Positions 30,346 through 38,724 of a stretch of DNA of 64,000 nt are shown here, piece by piece (position 1 is the first letter of the stretch; each line of letters starts with the position of its first letter). The translations under genes were made by a program, and so were the position numbers. Source of the stretch: Eubacteriales bacterium (GTDB lineage: Bacteria; Bacillota; Clostridia; Oscillospirales; QAKW01); contig JAZPYP010000007.1 of the NCBI GenBank assembly GCA_045544255.1, positions 10,300-74,299 of the forward strand. Reading direction: 5' to 3'. A model generated the notes under the pieces. That model was not told where the DNA came from and did not search any database. It was given only the letters and a program-made list of their open reading frames with translations.

Positions 30346-30734
30346 TAGAGAATAATTCTTCAAAAAAGCGCTATTGGCGCAATGATATTTTGCTGATCGG
30401 CGGTATTTTGCTGGCGGCGGCAATCGGCGGGCTCTGCCTTCTTCTTTTTCGAGGGCAGGGGGCGGCGGTAGAAGTGCGGATCGATGGAAAGCTTTATGGC
30501 ACCTATTCACTTTCGGAGGATCGCATAGAAGAGATCCGCACCGGAGAGGATCAACTGAATCGCTTGGTGATCCGCGATGGAAAAGCATCGGTAGATCTGG
30601 CCACCTGCCCCGATGGTATCTGCGCCGCTCATCACCCGATCTCCAGAGAAGGGGAGAGCATTATCTGCCTTCCTCATCGGGTGGTGGTCGCAGTGGTGAA
30701 AGAAGAGAAGAACGGCGCGGATATAATAGTTTAA
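30342..30734 (+). CDS. NusG domain II-containing membrane-anchored protein
   Basis: ATCPDGICAAH...IICLPHRVVV motif. Confidence 0.88.
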   Translation: MIENNSSKKRYWRNDILLIGGILLAAAIGGLCLLLFRGQGAAVEVRIDGKLYGTYSLSEDRIEEIRTGEDQLNRLVIRDGKASVDLATCPDGICAAHHPISREGESIICLPHRVVVAVVKEEKNGADIIV

Positions 30735-30749
30735 TTTGGGAGAAGACGA

Positions 30750-31259
30750 TTGATGAAAAGCAAGGCGAAGTTAACTGCCTTTTTGGGGCTGTGCACAGCG
30801 CTGGCCTTAGTTCTGGCCTATGCCGAGGCGATCCTGCCGCCCCTCTTTCCGGCGGTGCCGGGCATCAAGATGGGGCTGCCGAATATTATTATAATATTTC
30901 TGCTTTACCGCAAAGGCCCGAAGGCTGCGGCGGCGGTATCCCTCTTGCGGATCTTGCTTGCTACCATGCTTTTTGGCAATGTGATGGCGCTTTTCTATAG
31001 CCTTGCAGGCGGCGCTTTGAGCTTTTTGGTGATGCTTCTTCTGAAGAAAATCAATGGATTTTCTGCCGTTGGCGTTAGTGTGGCAGGGGCGGTGAGCCAT
31101 AATCTTGGCCAAATTTTAGTGGCGATGCTCTTATTGGAAACCATGGAGCTTGGCTATTATATGGTGGTGCTTACCGTTACCGGCTCTATCGCAGGGGTGC
31201 TGATCGGCCTTTGCGGCGGGGCCCTGATTCGAAAATTGCCGAATACCCTATTAAAATAG
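30750..31259 (+). CDS. Gx transporter family protein (often annotated heptaprenyl diphosphate synthase component I)
   Basis: PGIKMGLPN, YSLAGG and GAVSHNLGQ motifs. Confidence 0.88.
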   Translation: MMKSKAKLTAFLGLCTALALVLAYAEAILPPLFPAVPGIKMGLPNIIIIFLLYRKGPKAAAAVSLLRILLATMLFGNVMALFYSLAGGALSFLVMLLLKKINGFSAVGVSVAGAVSHNLGQILVAMLLLETMELGYYMVVLTVTGSIAGVLIGLCGGALIRKLPNTLLK

Positions 31260-31373
31260 TATATACCCGCTATGCGAAATCTGCATAGTGGGTATTGTAT
31301 TTTTTATTGACAGACAGTGCAAAATAATATAGAATAAAATTAATGTAAAATATAAAATAGGAGAGTATGTGTT

Positions 31374-32351
31374 ATGAAAAGATTCTTAGCAATTTCCCTC
31401 TGTGTTCTTTTGGCTCTTTCTACCCTTCTGATGGGCGGATGCGCCAAGGAAGAAGCGCTGAAATTCGGCGCAGGTGTTTATGTGGGTGCTCCCGCTACTG
31501 CTGATGCTACCGCAGATAAAGAAGGTACCGGCGAGTTTGCCGCTACTGTTGCGGCAGTTACTGTTGATGCCGATGGCAAGATTGTGGCTTGCGCGCTGGA
31601 TACCATGAGCAGCGCAGTGAAGTTCACTGCTGATGGCAAGGCCATCGCTAACCAAGAGTTCAAAACCAAATATGAGCTTGGCAAGGATTATAATATGGTT
31701 GCTTATGGCAATGCCAAGAAGGAATGGTTTGAGCAGGCAGATGCTTTTGAGGGCGTTGTTGCCGGCAAAACTCTTGAAGAGGTAAAGGCTTTGGTTGCCG
31801 AAGGCAATAAGGGGACCGACGATGTGGTTGAAGCAGGCTGCACCATTATGATCAATGAGTTTGTTGGTGCAATCGAGAAGGCTTATAATGCTGCCGCAGA
31901 ATCCGAGGTTACTGCCGAGAATACTTTGAAGGTAACGGTTGCTACCGAGCAGACCTGCACCGATGCCACCGCTGATAAGAATGGCTCCAATAAGGTTGCC
32001 AATTATTTCTTTGCCGCCGCATTGGATGCCGATGGCAAGGTGGTTGCCGCTGCCAGCGATTGCGTTGAGGTGGAATTCACCTTCGATACCAAGGGCAAGG
32101 CTACTCTTGATACCACCAAAGCAGTAAAGACCAAGAAGGAGCAAGGCTCCGATTATGGTATGGTTGCTTATGGCGGCGCTACCAAAGAATGGTTCGAGCA
32201 GGCTGCTGCCTTCGATGCAAACTGCATTGGTAAGACCGGCGAAGAGATTGCCAAGCTTCAGGGCGAAGATGGCAAGGGTGTTGAAGCGCTGCAAACTGCA
32301 GGCTGCACCATCTATGTAACCGGCTTTGTTAAGGCCGCTTCCAAGATCTGA
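31374..32351 (+). CDS. Lipoprotein with two internally repeated FMN-binding-like domains
   Basis: MGGC lipobox; duplicated KTK.E.G.DY.MVAYG...EWFEQA..F and AGCTI; lies between Gx and apbE. Confidence 0.75.
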   Translation: MKRFLAISLCVLLALSTLLMGGCAKEEALKFGAGVYVGAPATADATADKEGTGEFAATVAAVTVDADGKIVACALDTMSSAVKFTADGKAIANQEFKTKYELGKDYNMVAYGNAKKEWFEQADAFEGVVAGKTLEEVKALVAEGNKGTDDVVEAGCTIMINEFVGAIEKAYNAAAESEVTAENTLKVTVATEQTCTDATADKNGSNKVANYFFAAALDADGKVVAAASDCVEVEFTFDTKGKATLDTTKAVKTKKEQGSDYGMVAYGGATKEWFEQAAAFDANCIGKTGEEIAKLQGEDGKGVEALQTAGCTIYVTGFVKAASKI

Positions 32352-32370
32352 AAAAATCTGAAGATAGGAT

Positions 32371-32398
32371 AAAACGGGAGGCGTGCCTCCCGTTTTTC
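32371..32398 (+). terminator. Terminator-like hairpin
   Basis: AAAACGGGAGGC-GT-GCCTCCCGTTTTT. Confidence 0.65.
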
Positions 32399-32406
32399 TT
32401 CAATGA

Positions 32407-33453
32407 ATGATGAAAAGAAGAATTTTTTGTATGGCGCTGGCGGTGATTTTGCTGCTGGGCAATCTATCCGGTTGCGCCGCGATGAAAAAGCAAAAATACA
32501 GCGCTTATTCCTTTGATTATTTTGATACTGCCTCTACCATTACCGGCTATGCAGAAAGCAAAGAGGAATTTGATCAGGTGGCTGATGAGATCTTGGCCAT
32601 GCTGGAGGAATATCATCAGCTTTATTCCATCTACCATCGCTTTGATGGAATTGAAAATCTTTGCACTGTTAATGAATTGGCAGATGGTGCGCACCGCAAG
32701 GTGAAGGTAGACCAAAAGATTATTGATCTATTGCTTTATGCAAAAGAAATGTATGAAAAAACCGATGGTGTTTTGAATGTTGCCATGGGGAGCGTGCTCT
32801 CTATCTGGCATGATCATCGCTCCATCGGAATGGATGCGCCGGAAGAGGCTTCCCTGCCTTCCATGCAGATCCTTTGGGAGGCCGCAAGGCATACCGATAT
32901 TAATAATATTGAAATTGATGAAAAAGCGTCTACTGTTTATATCATCGATGCGCTCACCACTATAGATGTGGGCGCTATTGCCAAGGGCTATGCCACCGAG
33001 AGAATTGCCCGATCCTTGGAGGAGCAGGGAATCGAGGGTTATGTGCTCAATATTGGCGGCAATGTGCGCACGATTGGGCAAAAGCCCGATGGCGAGCTTT
33101 GGACGATTGGTATTGAGAATCCCCAAGGCGGCGATCATCTTGCTTATATGGAGCTTGGGGGGCAATCCCTTGTAACCAGCGGATCCTATCAGCGGTATTA
33201 TACCGTTGATGGCAAGCGCTATCATCATATTATCCACCCCGATACCCTGATGCCCGCCGAAGGCTTTTTATCGGTTTCGGTGATCAGCCAAGATTCCGGC
33301 CTTGCCGATGCCCTCTCCACCGCTCTTTTCTGCATGCCCTTGAAGGAGGGGCAGAAAATGGTGGCGGAGCTTCCCGATGCAGAGGTTATGTGGGTGCTGG
33401 AGGATGGCAGCCAAATTACCTCCTCCGGCTGGGATTTCTATTTAAAGCAATAA
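32407..33453 (+). CDS. apbE: FAD:protein FMN transferase
   Basis: LSGC lipobox; DVGAIAKGY, NIGGNV, TSGSYQRY, HHIIHP and ADALSTA motifs. Confidence 0.95.
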   Translation: MMKRRIFCMALAVILLLGNLSGCAAMKKQKYSAYSFDYFDTASTITGYAESKEEFDQVADEILAMLEEYHQLYSIYHRFDGIENLCTVNELADGAHRKVKVDQKIIDLLLYAKEMYEKTDGVLNVAMGSVLSIWHDHRSIGMDAPEEASLPSMQILWEAARHTDINNIEIDEKASTVYIIDALTTIDVGAIAKGYATERIARSLEEQGIEGYVLNIGGNVRTIGQKPDGELWTIGIENPQGGDHLAYMELGGQSLVTSGSYQRYYTVDGKRYHHIIHPDTLMPAEGFLSVSVISQDSGLADALSTALFCMPLKEGQKMVAELPDAEVMWVLEDGSQITSSGWDFYLKQ

Positions 33454-33481
33454 AAAAGAACCCCTCGGGGGTTCTTTTTTT
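33452..33481. terminator. Bidirectional terminator
   Basis: AAAAAAGAACCCC-TCG-GGGGTTCTTTTTT between convergent genes. Confidence 0.8.
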
Positions 33482-35186
33482 ATTGCTGATTCAGTTCCTC
33501 TTCCTCTAAAACCCGATAGGCCACCTTGCCCACTAAAGTTTTTGGAAGCTCTTCTCTAAAGGCAATATCATAGGGAAGGGCATATTTGGCAATATGCTCC
33601 CTGCAATAATCCATCAGCAGCGCTTTGGTGGCTTCATCGGCCTTTGCGTCGGGCGCAAGCTTGATAAAGGCTTTCACCTTTTGCATCTTTAAGGAATCGG
33701 GCACACCGATAATGCAGCTCATCTGCACCAGCGGATGGGCATCTAAAATATTTTCCAGTTGGGCGGGATAAATGTTATAACCGGAGGATACAATCATGCG
33801 CTTGGCGCGCCCCTTGAAATAAACAAAGCCTTGCTCATCCATAGTGCCCAGATCGCCGGTATAAACCCAAGTCAGCCCATCGGCATGGGTGCGCAGGGTT
33901 TTGGCGGTCTCTTCAGGGTGGTCCATATATTCCTTCATCACCGTTGGCCCTGCCAAAAGGATCTCGCCCTCTTCCCCGTAGGGTAGCTCCCGATCGGTAT
34001 CGGGCTCCACAATTTTAATATAGGTATCGGGGAAGGGCAGGCCGATAGAGCCTTCTTTTGCCATATGGGCGGGAGTGAGGCAGCAGGCAGTAACGGTTTC
34101 GGTAGTGCCATAGCCTTCCCGCACCTGAATGGTGGCATTATGGTCTTTAAGGAATTGATCCAATTTCTTTTTCAGCTCAATGGAAAGGGAATCTCCGCCG
34201 GAGAAAACACCTTTGAGGCAAGAAAGATCCTTGCCCTCCATATTGGGCAGCCGCAAAAGGGCTTCATAAAGAGTGGGTACTCCTGCAATAAAGTTGCATT
34301 GATATTTAATAAGGTCCTTGGCATAGGTCTTCGGGGTAAAGCGAGGCACCAAAATGCATCTGCCGCCTTGGCTGAGCATGGTATGAATGCAAACGCCAAG
34401 ACCAAAGCCATGGAAGATCGGCATGGCCGCCAGCATCTTATCGCCGATTTTAAAGATCGGGTTGGCCGCGATCACCTGCTGCCCTAAAGCATTAAAATTA
34501 AGGTTCGTTAAAATAATTCCTTTGGTGGTGCCGGTGGTGCCGCCGGAATAGAGGATTACCGCAGGATCTTCGGCGCGGCGCTCAAGGCGCGCCGCTTTCT
34601 CTTTTGCGCCGAGGCGCAAAAATTCCCGCCAGAAAAGCACCGGCGCATCATGGGGCAGTTTTTTGATCTTGCGCCCCGATGTAAGGCTATAGCCAATCTT
34701 CAAGAGGGGTTTAAGCTCATCTTTAATGGAGGCGATGATCAGGTGCTTAAGGCCTGTATTTTCCCGAATATGGGCAAATTTTTCATAGAATTGATCCAAG
34801 GTGATGGCAGCAACCGATTTGGATTCATTAAGATAGAATTCAATCTCTTTTTCCGCCGAAAGGGGATGGATCATATTGGCAACGGCACCGATTTTATTGA
34901 TTGCATAGAAAAGATAAATCCCTTGGGGGCAGTTGGGCAGGGCGATGGTAATGCGGTCGCCTTCCTTGATGCCAAGCTTTTTAAGGGAGGAGGCGCAACG
35001 GTTGATCTCCTGCACCATTTTTTGATAGGTTGTGGCCCTGCCCATAAAATCAAAGGCGATATTTTGGGGATATTTTTGGGCGATTTTTTCAACTGCCTCA
35101 ACCATAGTCCCTTTAAAATAATGGAGGCTCTTGGGCAGATCGCCAAGATAGGGAATCCAAGGGGCTTTTGCTGTTATTTCATTCAT
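33480..35186 (-). CDS. Long-chain acyl-CoA ligase / AMP-binding protein
   Basis: YSGGTTGTTKG, EGYGTTE, TGDLG and LPKTLVGK motifs. Confidence 0.92.
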   Translation of the reverse strand: MNEITAKAPWIPYLGDLPKSLHYFKGTMVEAVEKIAQKYPQNIAFDFMGRATTYQKMVQEINRCASSLKKLGIKEGDRITIALPNCPQGIYLFYAINKIGAVANMIHPLSAEKEIEFYLNESKSVAAITLDQFYEKFAHIRENTGLKHLIIASIKDELKPLLKIGYSLTSGRKIKKLPHDAPVLFWREFLRLGAKEKAARLERRAEDPAVILYSGGTTGTTKGIILTNLNFNALGQQVIAANPIFKIGDKMLAAMPIFHGFGLGVCIHTMLSQGGRCILVPRFTPKTYAKDLIKYQCNFIAGVPTLYEALLRLPNMEGKDLSCLKGVFSGGDSLSIELKKKLDQFLKDHNATIQVREGYGTTETVTACCLTPAHMAKEGSIGLPFPDTYIKIVEPDTDRELPYGEEGEILLAGPTVMKEYMDHPEETAKTLRTHADGLTWVYTGDLGTMDEQGFVYFKGRAKRMIVSSGYNIYPAQLENILDAHPLVQMSCIIGVPDSLKMQKVKAFIKLAPDAKADEATKALLMDYCREHIAKYALPYDIAFREELPKTLVGKVAYRVLEEEELNQQ

Positions 35187-36040
35187 TCGTAATCTACCTC
35201 TTCTTCAAAGGGGCGCTCCAAAAGCTCCGGATTTTCCAAAAGATGCTGCATCAGCCGCAGGGTTTTAGCATAATAGTAGCCATCGGCGATCCGCTCATCA
35301 ATCGTCATGCTGATATTCACGCTCTCGCGCATGGTTACCGCGCCCTCTTCATCATAAAAGGGGCGCTTTTTGATCATACCGATGACGCAAAATACAGAAT
35401 TTGTGCCCCAGTTGGTCATATGATGATAGCCTGCATCTAGCTTCAGGGAGCCAAGATTGGTCAGCACCACCGAGCAATAATAAGGATCGGTGGCAATGAT
35501 GGAAGCGGGCATCCGGCCATGGCGATCCAGCCAGCGGGCAATGGAACCGATCAGATGCTTACCGGGGATTTTTTGAATGGCATCCATGCTGGCGGTGGAT
35601 TGGTCTTTTTTATCGCTTCTGCAGAAAGAAACCTGCCGATAGATCTCATCATGAATGGTATCGATGGTATCGCTGCCGCTTGCCTTGATGCGGGCAAGGG
35701 CCTCGCCGCCATGGTCGGAAAAGATCTTCTTCACCGTGAAGGCGGCGGTCAGCTCATTCCGCTCATACATATTGCCGTTGGCAATAAAATAATTCATCTT
35801 GGGCCGAAGGGCAATCGTTTTCAGATTGGCGGCCAAAATAAGTTGAAATAAATTATATTTATAGGCGGGTTCCCCCTCGTTTTTCTTACGGAGATATTCC
35901 GTTGCATTGGTCAGGTCGATGGTGAAATTCATGCAGGCTTCATTATCGCATCGATTGGGATACATCAGCGGCATGATATAGTGCATGGAATCGATTTTGC
36001 GAAGGAGCGTTCCATCCTTCCGATCTCCCCATTTTCTCAT
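35183..36040 (-). CDS. Stand-alone 2-oxoacid dehydrogenase E2-like acyltransferase catalytic domain
   Basis: LTNLGS and TIDERIADG motifs, C-terminal LLENPELL; no lipoyl domain. Confidence 0.8.
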   Translation of the reverse strand: MRKWGDRKDGTLLRKIDSMHYIMPLMYPNRCDNEACMNFTIDLTNATEYLRKKNEGEPAYKYNLFQLILAANLKTIALRPKMNYFIANGNMYERNELTAAFTVKKIFSDHGGEALARIKASGSDTIDTIHDEIYRQVSFCRSDKKDQSTASMDAIQKIPGKHLIGSIARWLDRHGRMPASIIATDPYYCSVVLTNLGSLKLDAGYHHMTNWGTNSVFCVIGMIKKRPFYDEEGAVTMRESVNISMTIDERIADGYYYAKTLRLMQHLLENPELLERPFEEEVDYE

Positions 36041-36162
36041 CTTTTTTATTCCTCTCTATTTTTAAAATGGCCATAAGAGACGTGCGAATTATATCATATT
36101 TCATCTTTTTTTTCAAGCAAAAAGCAATAAAAAAGGCACTCCGAAGAGTGCCTATGAAAGGG

Positions 36163-37119
36163 TTATTTTATTTCTATCTTAATATCGCCGGTATCGGTAT
36201 GAATCTCGCATCTTCCGCCGCTAACAGAAGAGGGAAGATCAATGCGGCCGGTATCGGTTTTTGTAATAAATATTTTTTCCGAAAGCAGCGTTCCGCGCAC
36301 ATCGCCGGTATCGGTTTCTATAAAGATTTCCGCGCCGTCGGAGCAATCGAATCTTATATCGCCGGTATCCCGCTCAATCGTGATTTTCCCCTCGGCAACA
36401 ACATTTTCCAGCAAGAGATCGCCGGTGCTGCCGTTGGAGATCAAATTTTTGCATGAAACATGGCTCAGCTCGGTTTCTCCGGTGGATACTTCTGCCTTTA
36501 GGTCGCCGCAGGTGATATGGGAGGCGGTGATCTTGCCTGTTGAGGCGGAAAGGTCGATGGCGCCTGCAGAAAGATTTTCGAGATGGATCCCGCCGGTGCT
36601 TGTTTCGATTTTGATCAGGGCGGAGGCAGAGGCCGAAAAGCGAACCTCTCCGGTGCTCGATGCAATGGTTGCGGTTTCGAATTTAAAGGAGCGCGGCAGC
36701 TCGATATCACCGGTATTTCCTTGAATCAAAAGGTTGGCATACTGCGTTTTCGGAAGGTGAATAATTAATTTCGGAGATTTGAAGTTGATGCCGATATACT
36801 CATACCATGCCTTTTTATCCACTTTAATGGTAAGGGTTTCCCCCTCCACCGCAACGCTATGCTTTGCGTTTTCTTCTTCGTAGCATTCAACCTTGCAGGT
36901 TTCGCCGTTTGATGCCGTAAAGGTGATGTCTGCAGTGTCGGCATTGATTGCGATATTGGCGAAGGGCTTTGCTATTTCATGGGTATTGGTTTCAAAGCGG
37001 CTTGTATCGAGCTTTGAAAAATCCCATTGATGATGGGCCATAACCCCAGTAAAGAGAATCGCGCCGATAAGGATGAATAAAACTGCGGCAAAAAGCCAGA
37101 TCTTTGTTGAAAGCTTCAT
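36163..37119 (-). CDS. DUF4097-type beta-strand repeat protein
   Basis: N-terminal TM and repeated (S/T)TGD(I/V) strands. Confidence 0.8.
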   Translation of the reverse strand: MKLSTKIWLFAAVLFILIGAILFTGVMAHHQWDFSKLDTSRFETNTHEIAKPFANIAINADTADITFTASNGETCKVECYEEENAKHSVAVEGETLTIKVDKKAWYEYIGINFKSPKLIIHLPKTQYANLLIQGNTGDIELPRSFKFETATIASSTGEVRFSASASALIKIETSTGGIHLENLSAGAIDLSASTGKITASHITCGDLKAEVSTGETELSHVSCKNLISNGSTGDLLLENVVAEGKITIERDTGDIRFDCSDGAEIFIETDTGDVRGTLLSEKIFITKTDTGRIDLPSSVSGGRCEIHTDTGDIKIEIK

Positions 37120-37718
37120 GATGCGTCCTCCTTTTTGATGATGCAGTTTTTCGTTCCGAATGCGATTCTTTTGGTGAGAAGTACAATGCCTTTAGTGGCT
37201 CCTTTGCAGCCAAAGAAAGCAAAGATTGAAAGCCCAAGGCAGATCAGTCCCGCCGAAAGCATCAGGCAACCGGTGAGCGGATCGCTATGAAGAAGAAAGA
37301 TCGATCCTGCCGCCAAACCGCCGATGGAGCCACCAATCAGCGAGCCGAAAACCGCCCAAAGAGAAATAATGATGGCCCATAGGGAAATATAAAGAGAAAG
37401 GATAACCGCCGCCGCGGCAATTCCCAAGGAAAGCCAGATCGGGGAGCCAAGCACCAAAAGAATGATTTCCCATGGGGCCGGCTTTCTTTTTGGCTTGATG
37501 CGCTCTTTGGCAATTTTTGCAAGGGGAGTTTCGTTAATGATCTGGGCGGCGATTTTTTCAGTTGGACCAATCGCCAGAATCGCTTCTTTCTCCGAGCAAC
37601 CTTCTTCCATTCGATCATCGATCATTTCCTCATAAAAGGAAAGCCGCTCCTCAATATCTTTTTGGGGCAATCCAAATAAATTTTTGCGAAGCTGCAGAAG
37701 AAATTCCTGCTTATTCAT
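37116..37718 (-). CDS. DUF1700-type membrane protein
   Basis: MNKQEFL..L...L..LP...FYEEMIDD...EG.SE.EA..IG motif; typical PadR-DUF1700-DUF4097 context. Confidence 0.85.
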   Translation of the reverse strand: MNKQEFLLQLRKNLFGLPQKDIEERLSFYEEMIDDRMEEGCSEKEAILAIGPTEKIAAQIINETPLAKIAKERIKPKRKPAPWEIILLVLGSPIWLSLGIAAAAVILSLYISLWAIIISLWAVFGSLIGGSIGGLAAGSIFLLHSDPLTGCLMLSAGLICLGLSIFAFFGCKGATKGIVLLTKRIAFGTKNCIIKKEDAS

Positions 37719-38031
37719 TGCTCTTCTTCTCCTTGCTTATAAATTGATATATAGATAAAATCTCTTTCCATTCTTTCTTGAATTCTTCAAGGCGCTGCGC
37801 TCCTTCCGGAGTGATATGATAATATTTTCGCAATCGCCCGTTATGCTCTGCTTTATGAATGGTCAGCATTTTTGCGCCTTCCAAACGTTTTAGAATGGTA
37901 TATAATGTGGATTCCGAAAGTTCAATATAGGGCTTTAAATCCTTGATGATTTTGTAGCCATAGGAATCTTCGGGCTTGATGGCCGCTAAAACGCAAACAT
38001 CTAAAAGCCCCCGCTTTAACTGAATGTCCAT
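37711..38031 (-). CDS. PadR-family transcriptional regulator
   Basis: QLKRGLLD, SYGY, STLYTILKRL and RKYYHIT; GGAGG Shine-Dalgarno before the ATG at 38031. Confidence 0.92.
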   Translation of the reverse strand: MDIQLKRGLLDVCVLAAIKPEDSYGYKIIKDLKPYIELSESTLYTILKRLEGAKMLTIHKAEHNGRLRKYYHITPEGAQRLEEFKKEWKEILSIYQFISKEKKSNE

Positions 38032-38051
38032 AATATACCTCCCTTCATGTA

Positions 38052-38084
38052 ATACATCGTAACACGAAGTATAAAGAATGTCAA
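38052..38084 (-). promoter_or_regulatory. padR promoter with imperfect inverted repeat (possible autoregulatory operator)
   Basis: TTGACA at 38084-38079; ATAC-A-TCGT-AAC-ACGA-A-GTAT at 38052-38072. Confidence 0.45.
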
Positions 38085-38107
38085 GGCTTTTTGAATCTTT
38101 TAAAATA

Positions 38108-38139
38108 AAAAATCGACAGGTTGAAACCTGTCGATTTTT
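38108..38139. terminator. Terminator-like hairpin
   Basis: AAAAATCGACAGGTT-GA-AACCTGTCGATTTTT. Confidence 0.7.
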
Positions 38140-38201
38140 GGGTAAGGGCTGCAAAAAAGATATTTTTACCGTTTTGCGTATGAATTCGAACCTTTGCATA
38201 A

Positions 38202-38371
38202 ATGAAATCCTTGCTGATGCAAGGATGAAATCAGCTAACGCTGATGAAATCTTCGGCTTTGCCTCAGATGAAATTAAATCCACCCACTCGCCGTCGAGGC
38301 GAATTTCATCCAACGAAGTTGGATTTCATCGTCGAAGACGATTTCACCCACCCGCAAGGGTGGATTTAGTT
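38202..38371. repeat. Multi-hairpin palindromic element built from GATGAAATC/GATTTCATC units
   Basis: Four forward units (38202, 38224, 38243, 38267) and three inverted units (38302, 38322, 38340), separated by short stem-loops. Confidence 0.85.
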
Positions 38372-38404
38372 GAAAAAAGCACCGACAAAGTCGATGCTTT
38401 TTTC
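38372..38404 (-). terminator. Terminator directly after the tRNA
   Basis: GAAAAAAGCACCGAC-AAA-GTCGATGCTTTTTTC. Confidence 0.7.
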
Positions 38405-38491
38405 TGGTGCCGGTGGCGGGGGTCGAACCCGCACGGTATCGCTACCACTGGATTTTGAGTCCAGCACGTCTGCCAATTCCATCACACCGGC
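38405..38491 (-). tRNA. tRNA-Leu (anticodon CAA)
   Basis: Minus strand GCCGGTG...CTGGA-CTCAAAA-TCCAG, long variable arm, GGTTCGAC T-loop and encoded CCA; 87 nt. Confidence 0.96.
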
Positions 38492-38662
38492 GCACCTTTA
38501 CTATATTATCATACATTTTCGCATTTTGCAAGATGTTTTTCAAAAAAAATTCCGTTTTGCTTGATTTTTTTAATTTAATCTTGCCGAAAGCGATATTTGA
38601 TTTATCTTTTTTTTAATAACCGGCCTTGCAGATCTTTTATCAGGCGCTTCGTCAAATAAAGA

Positions 38663-38691
38663 TTGACACGCATGATATTGCGTGATATAAT
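38663..38691 (+). promoter_or_regulatory. Consensus promoter of the helicase gene with a palindrome in the spacer
   Basis: TTGACA-N17-TATAAT with TG; CACGCA-N6-TGCGTG at 38667-38684. Confidence 0.75.
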
Positions 38692-38724
38692 GGTGTTTAC
38701 CTTAGTTATATAGGAGGCATCAGT

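Noticed and set aside
38032-38313. N-terminal extension of PadR and ORF 38078..38458 through the hairpin element
   Set aside because: PadR has a good Shine-Dalgarno and ATG at 38031; the extension crosses its promoter and palindromic DNA
38202-38371. Possible CRISPR array
   Set aside because: Units are 9 bp and switch orientation, spacers are short self-complementary stems, and no cas genes are present
38405-38491. tRNA as the integration site of the right half
   Set aside because: The change lies 5' of the tRNA; no integrase or duplicated tRNA 3' end is visible
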